A DNA stretch of 64,000 bases from assembly GCA_045643945.1 (NCBI GenBank), contig JAZRGA010000009.1, positions 1,190-65,189 on the forward strand, given 5' to 3'. The position numbers and the translations under genes were made by a program. Source of the DNA: Eubacteriales bacterium. GTDB lineage: Bacteria; Bacillota; Clostridia; Oscillospirales; CAG-272. The notes below the pieces were generated by a model. The model saw only the letters and a program-made list of their open reading frames with translations. It searched no databases and was not told where the DNA came from. Positions 26,089 to 35,683 of this stretch are shown here, piece after piece. Positions within the stretch are counted from its first letter, which is position 1. Each line of letters opens with the position of its first letter.

Positions 26089-27206
26089 CGAGCTTTATTT
26101 TTTAGCATCTCAAAATAATATTTCTCTGTTTCGCGCGTCATACGCTCTGCGTTAAGCTCGGAAAAAAATCGCTTTTTTGCATTTTGCGAAAGCTGCGTAT
26201 ATAAAGCCTTATCGCTTGTCAGGTCGATAATGCATTTTGCTAAGCGCTTATAATTTCCTTGTGGGAAAATCAACCCATTTACCCCATTTTTCACCATATA
26301 TTTATTTCCCGAATAATCGCTTACTATCGCAGGAATGCCTATACTCATTCCCTCGGAAAGGGATAGCGACGAGGTTTCAGTTCCGATAGAGCAATTTACG
26401 TTTATATCGGTTATATTCATTATTTTGGAAACGTCCTCAACGAAGCCCAAAAGCCTGACCCGACGGTCAAGCCCGAGTCGCTCGGCGTATTTCTTCAATT
26501 CGGCTTCAAGAGTACCGTTTCCGACGATAAGGAAATATATATTTTTATCATTCTTCAACAATTTAGCCGCGCGCAAAAGCGTTTTATGGTCCTTATAAGC
26601 CTCAAGGCGGGCAAAAATACTCACTACAGTAGCATTGGCAGGGATATTAAGCTCTGCCTTTATTTTTTTCTTTTCCTCGCTCCCCAGAGTGCTAACACAA
26701 TCAGCCCCGTTAATTATGACCTTGATGCTTTTTTCCTTTGCGCCAAGCAATAAAAGATTTTTCTTTGCCGAATAAGAAACCGCAATTATGCCATCGGTAA
26801 TTAAATCGCTTAAAACACCAAAAACTTTTCGTATTAACGGCATCGAAAATGCACCTTTGACCGAAAAATCACAGTGTCGGGTATAAATATTAACATCAAC
26901 TCCCGCCATTTTACCCGCAATTCGAGCAGAAATGCAGGCGTGGGAATTTACAAGGTCGGGAGATATTTTTTTGATTGCTTTGTATAAAGAAAAAAAGCCT
27001 TTAATATCAAAAGACCTATCATGGCATCCGTCTATTTCTACTATACCGACACCAATCTGCTTTAACCGTGGCGTCAGCATACTTCCCTTAGGCAAAATAA
27101 CGGTATAATTAATTTTTTCTCGATCAGAGTATTTCATTCTATTCAGCAAGAGTCTCCCTGCTCCGCCTATATTAGTATCGCTTATTACCTCTACTACCCT
27201 TATCAC
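26085..27206 (-). CDS. GT-B fold glycosyltransferase, family 4-like
   Basis: 373 aa with a GTG start behind an AAAGGAG RBS. The N-terminus has NIGGAGR. The C-terminal block SLSEGMSIGIPAIVSD is the EX7E-type motif. Confidence 0.8.
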   Translation of the reverse strand: MIRVVEVISDTNIGGAGRLLLNRMKYSDREKINYTVILPKGSMLTPRLKQIGVGIVEIDGCHDRSFDIKGFFSLYKAIKKISPDLVNSHACISARIAGKMAGVDVNIYTRHCDFSVKGAFSMPLIRKVFGVLSDLITDGIIAVSYSAKKNLLLLGAKEKSIKVIINGADCVSTLGSEEKKKIKAELNIPANATVVSIFARLEAYKDHKTLLRAAKLLKNDKNIYFLIVGNGTLEAELKKYAERLGLDRRVRLLGFVEDVSKIMNITDINVNCSIGTETSSLSLSEGMSIGIPAIVSDYSGNKYMVKNGVNGLIFPQGNYKRLAKCIIDLTSDKALYTQLSQNAKKRFFSELNAERMTRETEKYYFEMLKNKAR

Positions 27207-27243
27207 GAAATCATCTCCTTTTCGTTAGTATTCCAAGAAAATC

Positions 27244-27272
27244 AAAAAAATACGCGCCGAAGCGCGTATTTT
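27244..27272 (-). terminator. rho-independent terminator after the XRE-S24 gene
   Basis: ATACGCGC-ttcg-GCGCGTAT followed by T7 on the minus strand. Confidence 0.8.
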
Positions 27273-27300
27273 AGGAGGTTTGTTTATTTTTTAATGCCAA

Positions 27301-28116
27301 TCACTTACGCTTAAGCTTTCCGACAACACGTCCGCAGCATACAGACTCAACGTAATCTCTAAGCAATATATCACCGTACTCCTCGTTCAAGGAAATCAAG
27401 CGATCGCCACCGTATTTTTTGAAATAGCCGTTTCCGTCAAGAATAAATATACCAAGCTCTCCGACGTTAACGCTCTCGGCATTCTCAACGAGAACGATAT
27501 CTCCATCGTGATATTTTGGCTCCATACTGTTACCGCTTATCCTCAAGGCAAAGGATACGCTCTCGGTCTTATCGTTCATAGGAATACTTATCGGCTCTGC
27601 CAATTCATCGTCAAGGTAAACACCGGGACCTGCCGAAACGGGAAGATCGTAAAGCAGGATAGACTTTTTAGCAAAATCATATGAATAATCGATGCTTGCA
27701 GTTTGCGGTATAGAAAGAATCTTAGCGCTTTTCTGCGGCTCTGCGGCAAGTGCGGGAGTCTGTACGGCAGCAGTGCTTTCACTTATAACTCCAAGTCGGT
27801 CAAGCTCCTTTTGCGCAACCGTTTCTACAAGGTCCTTTCCGTAAAAATCAAGCTGGCGATATATCTCTATAAATTCTATTTCCTTATCGTTCAACATATA
27901 ATTATTATTATTCTCGGGCGTGCCACTGACGATATAATCGAGCGTGCAACCGAGCGCCCTCGCAATAAGCACCATATTTGAAAGCTTTGGAGAGTCACTG
28001 ATGCCCGCAAGTATCTTACTGACAGTGCTTAACGGAATACCCGTAAGCTCCGAAAGCTTCTCGTTTGTAATCTTTTTTTCACTCTTTACTTGTTTTATTC
28101 TGCTAATATAATCCAC
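27301..28116 (-). CDS. XRE-family HTH repressor fused to an S24 (LexA/CI-like) autopeptidase domain
   Basis: HTH LSELTGIPLSTVSKILAG. S24 Ser box ISGNSMEPKYHDGDIV and a downstream Lys (FKKYG). Start moved to GTG 28116, 6 nt after the AAGGTGGGG RBS. Confidence 0.8.
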   Translation of the reverse strand: MDYISRIKQVKSEKKITNEKLSELTGIPLSTVSKILAGISDSPKLSNMVLIARALGCTLDYIVSGTPENNNNYMLNDKEIEFIEIYRQLDFYGKDLVETVAQKELDRLGVISESTAAVQTPALAAEPQKSAKILSIPQTASIDYSYDFAKKSILLYDLPVSAGPGVYLDDELAEPISIPMNDKTESVSFALRISGNSMEPKYHDGDIVLVENAESVNVGELGIFILDGNGYFKKYGGDRLISLNEEYGDILLRDYVESVCCGRVVGKLKRK

Positions 28117-28395
28117 GAAAATCCCCACCTTTCCATTTACGGAATTATTATACCATACAATCGCCCTTTTGTAAAGAGGTTTTTATAAAAAATATTCCAT
28201 TTTTGAAACTTTTTTATCGTTCAATTTTTGTAATGTAAAAAATGCACAATAAACAAGCGCATATATTGTGCAAATATCCAAAAGTATAAATCTTGTATTT
28301 TTTAAGATTGATTTTATTTATAAAAAATGGTATAATATAAACTGTATATTAACGTGCTTTAAAAGCCGTTAAAGCTATAGGAGGTCTACAAAAAT

Positions 28396-30255
28396 ATGGA
28401 CAACACGAATAATATTAATAATGCGAAAAAGGCGAAAAAGGCTTTAGCCGTTTTGCTCTGCCTTGTGATGATTTTATCGTCCTTCGCAGGATGTGGCAAA
28501 AAGGAGATGGAAAACGACGGCGCTGAGATCAAAATGTACATAAGCGACCCCGTTTACAACTTTGACCCCGCAGAGGCATACAAGAACGAGGCGGCTCTCA
28601 AGGTCGTTTCTCTTATGTTCGACAACCTTTTCATTATGAACTCGAACGGCAAGGTTGAGAAATCTCTTGTCAAGAGTTACAAAATAGACAAAGAAAAAAA
28701 TTCAATGTTTATCGAGTTAAGAACCGACACCTTTTGGTCTGACGGTAACGCTATAACCGCTAACGACGTTGTTTTCGCTTGGCAGAGATTGCTCGATCCC
28801 GCAAACTCGTTTGAAGCCGCTTCCCTCCTTTACGATATTAAAAACGCAAAGGCTGCAAAGGAAGGCTTGGTAACAATCGACGATATCGGTATTTCCGCGC
28901 TCAATAATACCGACGTGGAAATCATTTTCGAGGATCGCGCTATTGATTACGATAGCTTTATAAACAAGCTTACAAGCTATGCGCTCGTTCCTCTCCGCGA
29001 TGACGTTCTTTCAAGATCTGCGGTTGCAAATGACTGGGCAAAGAGCCCGACGCTGATGGTTTCAAGCGGTCCCTTCCGTTTAAGAACCATAAACTACAAG
29101 TCCGAAAAGCCCGACCCCAAGGCAAAGAAGGCAGAGCTTATACTCGAGAGAAACGCTTACTACCGCAGAAACTTTATGGAGGATGCCGTTGATAAAGCGG
29201 TTACGCCTTTTAGATTAATAGTTGACTTTACCAAAACCGGCGATGAAATAATGTCCGCATTTGAAGCAGGTGAGATATTCTTCGTTGGCGATATTCCCCT
29301 TTCCTCACGTTCAAAGCACACGCTTGAGGAGTGGAAGAAGATAGCAGATGTATCCAATGCTTTAAGCACTCACACCTACATTCTCAATGAAAATGCAGAG
29401 ATAAACGGTGTAAAGCTCTTTGCAGACAAGAACGTTCGCACTGCGCTTTCTCTTGCTATCAACCGTCAGGAGATTGCTAATGCAATAGTATTTGCAGAGG
29501 CGGCAAGCGGTATAGTTCCTAATGGAGTATTCAACGCAAACAACGATAAGAAGACCTTTAGAGAGGCTTCTACAAGCACAGTTTCGGCAAATCCCGCAAA
29601 GGATGCTGCTCTTGCAAAGCTTGCCGAGTCAAAGATTACTCCTTCCAAGTTTACTTTCAGCATTTCTGTTCCCGCTTATGACGAAGTTCATATAAAGATT
29701 GCCGAAATGGTTGCCGCTTCCTGGTGCGACCTCGGATTTAAGGTTACCGTTAACAAGGTCGCTCTTAAGGACAACAGCGATAAGGCGCTTACAACGGGTG
29801 AAAAAATTGCCGGTGTAAAGGATGATATCTTCGCAGAAAATCTTTCGGCAGGTAAGTTTGAGGTTGCCGCAATCGATTACGTTGCATATTCGGCAGATGC
29901 CTTCTCTACCCTCGCACTCTTTGCAAAGGGATATGCAGGAACTGCAACCGGTACGCACGATTCTCCTGTATTTGAGGTAAAGCCTCACATTAGCGGATAC
30001 GATAATGCTACTTACGTTGAGAAGATTGCTGCCGCAGAAAAGGAAACAAATCCCGAAGCGCGCGCAACAATCTTACACGAGGCAGAGGCTATTCTCTTAG
30101 AGGATATGCCCGTTATTCCGATAGTATTCAATATGAACGTTACTATGCAAAGCAAGGAGCTTTCCGATATCGACGTTAGCTACTATCAGACAAATATCTT
30201 CACAAAAACAGAGTTGAAGGATTATGAGAAATATCTCAACACCGTTCAACAGTAA
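28396..30255 (+). CDS. ABC transporter substrate-binding lipoprotein, family 5 (Opp/Dpp-like), with no adjacent permease or ATPase genes
   Basis: 619 aa. Lipobox SSFAGC|GK. Family-5 SBP-like length and blocks (WSDGNAITANDVVFAW). Promoter TTGATT-17-TATAAT lies at 28308-28336. Confidence 0.8.
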   Translation: MDNTNNINNAKKAKKALAVLLCLVMILSSFAGCGKKEMENDGAEIKMYISDPVYNFDPAEAYKNEAALKVVSLMFDNLFIMNSNGKVEKSLVKSYKIDKEKNSMFIELRTDTFWSDGNAITANDVVFAWQRLLDPANSFEAASLLYDIKNAKAAKEGLVTIDDIGISALNNTDVEIIFEDRAIDYDSFINKLTSYALVPLRDDVLSRSAVANDWAKSPTLMVSSGPFRLRTINYKSEKPDPKAKKAELILERNAYYRRNFMEDAVDKAVTPFRLIVDFTKTGDEIMSAFEAGEIFFVGDIPLSSRSKHTLEEWKKIADVSNALSTHTYILNENAEINGVKLFADKNVRTALSLAINRQEIANAIVFAEAASGIVPNGVFNANNDKKTFREASTSTVSANPAKDAALAKLAESKITPSKFTFSISVPAYDEVHIKIAEMVAASWCDLGFKVTVNKVALKDNSDKALTTGEKIAGVKDDIFAENLSAGKFEVAAIDYVAYSADAFSTLALFAKGYAGTATGTHDSPVFEVKPHISGYDNATYVEKIAAAEKETNPEARATILHEAEAILLEDMPVIPIVFNMNVTMQSKELSDIDVSYYQTNIFTKTELKDYEKYLNTVQQ

Positions 30256-30260
30256 ATTTT

Positions 30261-30312
30261 AAAAAATAATGGAGCTGTTTCAAACGCAAATTTGTTACAG
30301 CTCCTTTTTATT
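30261..30312. terminator. bidirectional terminator between the SBP gene and dinB
   Basis: GGAGCTGT (30271-78) pairs with ACAGCTCC (30297-304), with an A-run before and a T-run after. Confidence 0.8.
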
Positions 30313-31530
30313 TTATTTTTTAGTATCCTTACCGACCCTTATATTTTTCTTGTATATTCCTCCACGGACTATGGTATCCTTACCGAACTTATTTCTTATA
30401 CTGTCAACAGTCTTATCTATCGCCCTTTCCTTATCCTTTTTGTCGGAGTCAAAGATAGAAAGCTGGATATCGTCCTCATCGGTGACGTCACTCAAGGTCA
30501 CTCCCAACAAGCGCAAGGGCTTTTTTGTATCCCAAAGCTCGTTAATCAAGGACTGACACACGGAAAAAATCTCGGTGGTGATATCACTTGATGCGCTCAA
30601 TCTTTTTTGGTGCGATTTATCGTTAAAATCTATATCACGGATACTAACCGAAACGCAACGTGCCTTCATTCCGTCGGCTCTCATTCTTGCCGCTGTGCTA
30701 TCCGATAACGCAAGAAGAATTTTATAAGCATCGGAGAAGGATTTTACATCATATTCAAGTGTAATCGAATTACCGTAGCCCTTTGCCCTTTCTCGATTTT
30801 CAAGCACGGGAGAATCGTCTATTCCATTAGCGTAATTGTGTAAATGCTCGCCCGCCTTAACTCCAAGAATAGATTTCACAACCGCTACGTCCATTCGGGC
30901 AAGCTCGCCTATTGTTTTTATATATGAGCGTTCAAGCTTTTGCGCGGTAGATTCTCCAACCGAAAAAAGCTCACGCACGGGCAAATGCCACATTTTTTCC
31001 TCTATCTCATAATCAAACAAGGTATGCACCTTATCGGGCTTTTCAAAATCGCTTGCCATTTTAGCAAGTAATTTATTAGAGCCAACACCGACGTTTACCG
31101 TAAATCCAAGCTCGGTTTTTATTCTGTCCTTTATTTCTCTTGCAACCGCCAAAATATCGGGATAAATTTTTTCCATTCCCGACATATCAAGAAAGCACTC
31201 GTCAATAGAAAACTTTTCAAGCGTTGGTGTATATTCCCTGCAAATATCCATAAAAGCCTTAGAGGATGCCTCATATAAAGAAAAGTCTGGGTGTGCCAAA
31301 ATTAATGACGGACATTTTTTTAACGCCATTCCAACCGGCTCTCCTGTTTTTACACCGTATTTTTTGGCGGGAATTGATTTAGCCAATATGACTCCTGTGC
31401 GCGTTTCTCTGTCACCGCCGATTGCCGAGGGAACAAGCCTTAAATCGTTCATTCCCTGCTTTACGCGCCGAGTTGCCTCCCAAGAGAGAAAAGCACTGTT
31501 AACGTCTATATGAAATACTACTCTTTTCAC
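30313..31530 (-). CDS. dinB: DNA polymerase IV (Y-family)
   Basis: HIDVNSAFLSWE, SIDECFLDMSG, and little-finger region conservation. 405 aa with a GTG start. Confidence 0.9.
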   Translation of the reverse strand: MKRVVFHIDVNSAFLSWEATRRVKQGMNDLRLVPSAIGGDRETRTGVILAKSIPAKKYGVKTGEPVGMALKKCPSLILAHPDFSLYEASSKAFMDICREYTPTLEKFSIDECFLDMSGMEKIYPDILAVAREIKDRIKTELGFTVNVGVGSNKLLAKMASDFEKPDKVHTLFDYEIEEKMWHLPVRELFSVGESTAQKLERSYIKTIGELARMDVAVVKSILGVKAGEHLHNYANGIDDSPVLENRERAKGYGNSITLEYDVKSFSDAYKILLALSDSTAARMRADGMKARCVSVSIRDIDFNDKSHQKRLSASSDITTEIFSVCQSLINELWDTKKPLRLLGVTLSDVTDEDDIQLSIFDSDKKDKERAIDKTVDSIRNKFGKDTIVRGGIYKKNIRVGKDTKK

Positions 31531-31625
31531 GCTCGTTTCCTCCTATTGCAAAATAATTAAGCAACGCAACCAATTAATAAAGGCTATCCCAAAGCAGCGG
31601 AGATAGCCCTTATTTTATTAATCAA

Positions 31626-32603
31626 TTAATCAATCTTAATAAATCCTTCGCCGTTTACGTCAAACTTAAAGGAATTACACTCCTCAAATACAAAGTTACC
31701 GTTTGCATCAATGCTTATGGGAGCAAAATAATAGCAAGACTCCATATACTGGAAATGATTGAGATCAAGGTCCCAATTACTTCCGCCCCATCTGTCGCCC
31801 ACATATACAAACTGCTTCTTTCCGTTAAGCTCAAGCGTAAGGACGAAAGCGGGTTGAGTTCTGTATGTGGTATCGTCACCGAACGGAATATTTTCCTGCC
31901 ATTCACCCTCTACCGTCTTTGACTTCGACCAACCGCACTGATTAGGACACCAGTTTGTGCATTGAGAGGTAAGCAAATAAATATCCTCGCCATTGTCAAA
32001 GAATGCGGGAGCTTCTCTGAACTTACCGGGGAAAAGCACGTTAACAAGCTTTTCTGCCTTAAGGCAATCATCGGTCATAGAATAAATATGAAGATCGGCA
32101 TTATCAACCGCCGCCGATGCAAAATAAGGCTTTCCGCATCTGTCAATAAATATCGTGCAATCTCTTGACATCTCGCCCATAGGATTATAATATCCGTGAT
32201 ATGTAAAATCACCGTCGGGCGTATCGCAGGTAGCAACCGCAATTGCCGCCTGAAGATAGTTTTTACCGTTTTCGTAATGTATCCAAAGAACGTACTTACC
32301 AAGCTTTTCGCTATAAATCATCTTAGGACGCTCAAGATTTATCTTTGCTCCGTCATTCATAAGACTTATATCGTCTGTTATACCGATATTCTCAATCTTA
32401 GAATCTGTTGTAAGAAGATGATTTCTAAACTCCCAGTTCATAAGGTCCTTTGAAGCATAGCAGCTTATATAAATATTATCACGTCTATCCTCACCATACC
32501 AATAATAAGTATCGCCCTTTTTTATAATTCCGCCACCGTGAGCGTGAATTATATTTCCGTCTGTATCAAACCATTTCTCACCGTTTTTCAAAATCGTGTT
32601 CAT
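31626..32603 (-). CDS. glycoside hydrolase family 43 beta-propeller (resembles exo-beta-1,3-galactanase-type GH43 as I recall it)
   Basis: WFDTDGNIIHAHGGGIIKKGDTYYWYGEDR is GH43-like. No signal peptide. Start taken at the second ATG (32603), 6 nt after the AGGAGA RBS. Confidence 0.65.
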   Translation of the reverse strand: MNTILKNGEKWFDTDGNIIHAHGGGIIKKGDTYYWYGEDRRDNIYISCYASKDLMNWEFRNHLLTTDSKIENIGITDDISLMNDGAKINLERPKMIYSEKLGKYVLWIHYENGKNYLQAAIAVATCDTPDGDFTYHGYYNPMGEMSRDCTIFIDRCGKPYFASAAVDNADLHIYSMTDDCLKAEKLVNVLFPGKFREAPAFFDNGEDIYLLTSQCTNWCPNQCGWSKSKTVEGEWQENIPFGDDTTYRTQPAFVLTLELNGKKQFVYVGDRWGGSNWDLDLNHFQYMESCYYFAPISIDANGNFVFEECNSFKFDVNGEGFIKID

Positions 32604-32635
32604 ATACATTCTCCTAATATAAACTAAAATAAAAA

Positions 32636-33235
32636 TTAAACGTCGCGTCTTCCCTCAAGCGCTCTACCAAGAGTTATCTCATCGGCATATTCAAGGTCCG
32701 AGCCTACGGGAACACCGTATGCAAGTCGAGTTACCTTGACTCCGAGCGGCTTTAAATATTTTGAAATATACATAGCCGTAACCTCTCCGTCGGGGGTCGG
32801 ATTAGTCGCTACGATAACCTCCTCGACCTCATCGTTATTAACGCGCGAGATAAGCTCAGCAAACCGAATTTTATCGGGTGTTACACCGTTTATCGGGGAT
32901 ATAACTCCACCCAAAACGTGATATACACCGTTAAACTCTCTGACCTTTTCGATAGACATTACCGCTCTTACATCCTCAACGACACAAATAAGCTTTTTAT
33001 TACGTCGCTCGTCCTCACAAACCGCGCAAAGCTCCTTATCGGTAAGATTTCCGCAAATCGGACATTCGTGAATTTTTTGCTTCGCCTCAATAATAGCCTC
33101 GGCAAACTCCTGCGCCGCCTCCGCATCAAGGTCGATAACCGCAAAAGCCATTCTTATAGCCGTCTTTCTTCCTACGCCCGACAGTCTGCCGAACTGCTCC
33201 GCAAGCCTCTGTATAGCCTCAATATATTCGGTCAT
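32636..33235 (-). CDS. recR: recombination protein RecR
   Basis: 199 aa with a Cys4 finger, CPICGNLTDKELCAVC, and a Toprim region, VVEDVRAVMSIE. Confidence 0.93.
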   Translation of the reverse strand: MTEYIEAIQRLAEQFGRLSGVGRKTAIRMAFAVIDLDAEAAQEFAEAIIEAKQKIHECPICGNLTDKELCAVCEDERRNKKLICVVEDVRAVMSIEKVREFNGVYHVLGGVISPINGVTPDKIRFAELISRVNNDEVEEVIVATNPTPDGEVTAMYISKYLKPLGVKVTRLAYGVPVGSDLEYADEITLGRALEGRRDV

Positions 33236-33262
33236 ATCGATTTTTATTATTCCTTATTTATT

Positions 33263-33610
33263 TTAGAAAAGTCCCGGAACCGACATATTACCGGTTATCT
33301 TGGACATCTCCGCACTGTTGGTTTCCTCTACTCTCTTAATAGCCTCGTTAACTGCCGCAACAAGTATATCGGAAAGAGTCTCGATATCGTCGGGGTCTAC
33401 TATTTCAGGCTTAATATCGATAGAAAGTATTTCCTTTTTACCGTTTATCTTAACGCTTACAACACCGCCGCCCGCAGAAATATCATACTCTCTCTCGTCA
33501 AGCTCTGCCTGAAGCGCTTCCATATCCTCCTGCATCTTTTGAGCCTGCTTAATCATTGCGTTCATATTCTGAGGACCGCCGCCCATTCCCTTAGGTAAAT
33601 TTGCTCTCAT
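33263..33610 (-). CDS. ybaB: YbaB/EbfC nucleoid-associated protein
   Basis: 115 aa with MNAMIKQAQKMQEDMEALQAEL. In the conserved dnaX-ybaB-recR position. Confidence 0.9.
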   Translation of the reverse strand: MRANLPKGMGGGPQNMNAMIKQAQKMQEDMEALQAELDEREYDISAGGGVVSVKINGKKEILSIDIKPEIVDPDDIETLSDILVAAVNEAIKRVEETNSAEMSKITGNMSVPGLF

Positions 33611-33628
33611 TTTTATATCTCCTTAATT

Positions 33629-35242
33629 TTAATTTAAATTCAATTCATCAAGCTCCTCGAGCTCGTTTTCATTTCCCTCAAAAATTCCGTAATGAATATT
33701 TTCATCGGGTATCTGCTTTTTTAGCAAAATGCAAAGCGCAGCTCTTAAATCATTCTTCAAGCTTTTCTTCGCAAGCGCCATATTCATAGCAAACTGATTT
33801 GGAAATCTTATATAAACACATCCGTTTACGTCAACGAATGCTTTTGCCGTCTTTAAAAATCCGAGAACCGAATCATCTCCCGCAGTTGCCTGCTCGACAA
33901 TTTCATTCCATCCACGAAGCGACTTCAAGGTAGCTTGACTCTCGTTTTGCGGCTTATTTTCAGTTGTTTCAATTGCGTTACCGTCGGATGCTTTAACTTC
34001 AATCGGAGCTGCGTTTGTGCCGCTATCCTCTGCCTTAACGGTATCCGCAGGCTTTGTATTTATATTCGTATTCATATTCATAGGTTGAAATGCGCCTATC
34101 GCAATAGCATTTTCGAGCTTTGACACTCTTGAAAGTATCGCATCGGTCTTTTCATCCAAGGAATTATCACACATTCGTATCAAAGCCATTTCCGCCACTA
34201 TTCTCTTTGCAGCTCCCGCTCTCTGTATCGCATAATACGTTTCGTCGAGTATGCGACAGTGATAAAGCAAGGATTCCTTTGTAAAGAGTGAGGCAACCTT
34301 GAAAAGCTTTTCATACTCGTCATCTGTAAGGTCAAGATATCTCTTTGCCGCAGAGGTGGTTCTCGCAACGAGCATATCTCGATAAAACGAGCTTATATCC
34401 TGCCAAAAAACCGCAATATCCTTAGAGGAGCTTACAACCTCCTCAACGGTTTCAAAAACAACGTCGAAATTTGAAGCAGAAATCGCTCTTACTATTCGCT
34501 CCGCATTATCCCTACCGCCAACACCGAGGGTATCGTTAACAAGCTCCGCAGTGATTTTTTGGCGTGTTCCCGCGCAAAGCTCAAGCAGACTTATTGCATC
34601 TCTCATTCCGCCCTGAGCCATTTTTGCGATAATTCGCAGAGCATCATGAGTATATTCAAGCTTCTCATTATCGGCAATAAGCGAAAGCCTTTCTATTATC
34701 GTATCGGTCGTAATTCGTCTGAAATCATATCTTTGACAACGTGAAATTATCGTTGCAGGAAGCTTATGAAGCTCGGTAGTTGCTAATACAAATATAGCGT
34801 GCGCGGGCGGCTCCTCGAGAGTTTTTAACAATGCGTTAAATGCGCTTGCGCTAAGCATATGAACCTCGTCGACGATATAAACTCTGTATTTAAGCCCCGA
34901 GGGAGTATAAACTATTTCATCACGAATATCACGGATATTACCAACACCGTTGTTAGATGCCGCATCCATTTCAAGAACGTCGGTTGCCGTTCCCGCATCT
35001 ATGGCTTTGCAGGATGCGCAAGAATTGCAGGGATTACCGTTTATAGGCGACTCACAGTTGACTGCCTTAGAAAGAATCTTAGCGCAGGTGGTTTTACCCG
35101 TACCGCGCGAGCCGCAGAAAAGATATGCGTGAGAAAACTTATTATTCTGCGTTTCGTATTTAAGAATTGAGGTTATATGCTCCTGTCCGTAAACGTCGTC
35201 AAAGGTTTGAGGACGCCATTTTCTGTATAATGCCTGATGCAT
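33629..35242 (-). CDS. dnaX: DNA polymerase III subunit gamma/tau
   Basis: Walker A GSRGTGKTT, zinc module CNSCASC, VYIVDEVHML, and SRC motif IISRCQRYDF. 537 aa. Confidence 0.93.
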   Translation of the reverse strand: MHQALYRKWRPQTFDDVYGQEHITSILKYETQNNKFSHAYLFCGSRGTGKTTCAKILSKAVNCESPINGNPCNSCASCKAIDAGTATDVLEMDAASNNGVGNIRDIRDEIVYTPSGLKYRVYIVDEVHMLSASAFNALLKTLEEPPAHAIFVLATTELHKLPATIISRCQRYDFRRITTDTIIERLSLIADNEKLEYTHDALRIIAKMAQGGMRDAISLLELCAGTRQKITAELVNDTLGVGGRDNAERIVRAISASNFDVVFETVEEVVSSSKDIAVFWQDISSFYRDMLVARTTSAAKRYLDLTDDEYEKLFKVASLFTKESLLYHCRILDETYYAIQRAGAAKRIVAEMALIRMCDNSLDEKTDAILSRVSKLENAIAIGAFQPMNMNTNINTKPADTVKAEDSGTNAAPIEVKASDGNAIETTENKPQNESQATLKSLRGWNEIVEQATAGDDSVLGFLKTAKAFVDVNGCVYIRFPNQFAMNMALAKKSLKNDLRAALCILLKKQIPDENIHYGIFEGNENELEELDELNLN

Positions 35243-35271
35243 ATTTACCCCCTTTAATTTATTTTAAAATA

Positions 35272-35593
35272 AAATGAACTGCAAAGTAAGACCATACACC
35301 ACTAAATCGAATCTCGCCGCCACACGATATCCGCATCTTCTACTCAGAGCAGGCTGCCTCGCGGCACATCGAGTCAATTGCTTAATGCTGCTTGGTTCCC
35401 CACCTGACATGGTTCACAACCCCCGATTGCGCAAGACCCACTCGTCAACGCAGAAGTTACGGGTCAGGCTGCTTTGGTCCAACCCTCAAAAATGGAATTC
35501 ACCCCTGCTGTAGCGGATTTCAGGTACAGGGCTCCGCTAATTCCCCGACTAGTATGGCCTTATTTTACAGTTCATCTTTTGCACTATGCGTGC
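35272..35593 (-). ncRNA. ffs: signal recognition particle RNA (long Bacillus/Clostridium type with Alu domain)
   Basis: The minus strand contains the domain IV motif GTCAGGTGGGGAACCAAGCAGC (compare GUCAGGUCCGGAAGGAAGCAGC). The 5' segment GAACTGTAAAATAAGGCCATA pairs with the 3' segment TATGGTCTTACTTTGCAGTTC. It sits immediately upstream of dnaX, as in Bacillus. The ends are approximate. Confidence 0.85.
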
Positions 35594-35599
35594 CTATAT

Positions 35600-35628
35600 A
35601 GTATAACAGATTTTACTCAATTTTGCAA
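35600..35628 (-). promoter_or_regulatory. sigma-A promoter of the SRP RNA
   Basis: TTGCAA (35628..35623), 17-nt spacer, TATACT (35605..35600). Confidence 0.7.
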
Positions 35629-35683
35629 TAGCTTTTGCAAAAAAATATAAATTATTGCCTTAAAATTTACACAAAATCGCAAA

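Noticed and set aside
27301-28116. The XRE-HTH plus S24 autopeptidase repressor as a marker of a prophage or SOS-controlled island.
   Set aside because: There are no integrase, terminase, capsid, tail or other phage-like genes on either side. The neighbours are a GT4 glycosyltransferase and an ABC substrate-binding protein. I also saw no Firmicute SOS box (CGAAC-N4-GTTCG) upstream of the nearby dinB.
30269-30591. Two overlapping plus ORFs (95 and 99 aa) just after the substrate-binding protein gene.
   Set aside because: They start inside or after a bidirectional terminator and run antisense to the 3' end of dinB. They have no RBS, and the sequence is hydrophobic and low-complexity.
33629-35242. 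A possible programmed -1 frameshift site in dnaX (tau/gamma), as in E. coli.
   Set aside because: I found no A-AAA-AAG type heptamer followed by a stable hairpin in the gene. The nearest A-run (CAAAAAATC, around 34553-34561) has no downstream structure.
35274-35601. Two small plus-strand ORFs (79 and 69 aa) in the dnaX upstream region.
   Set aside because: They lie inside the minus-strand SRP RNA gene, which has the domain IV motif, terminal helix pairing and its own promoter. They have no RBS.
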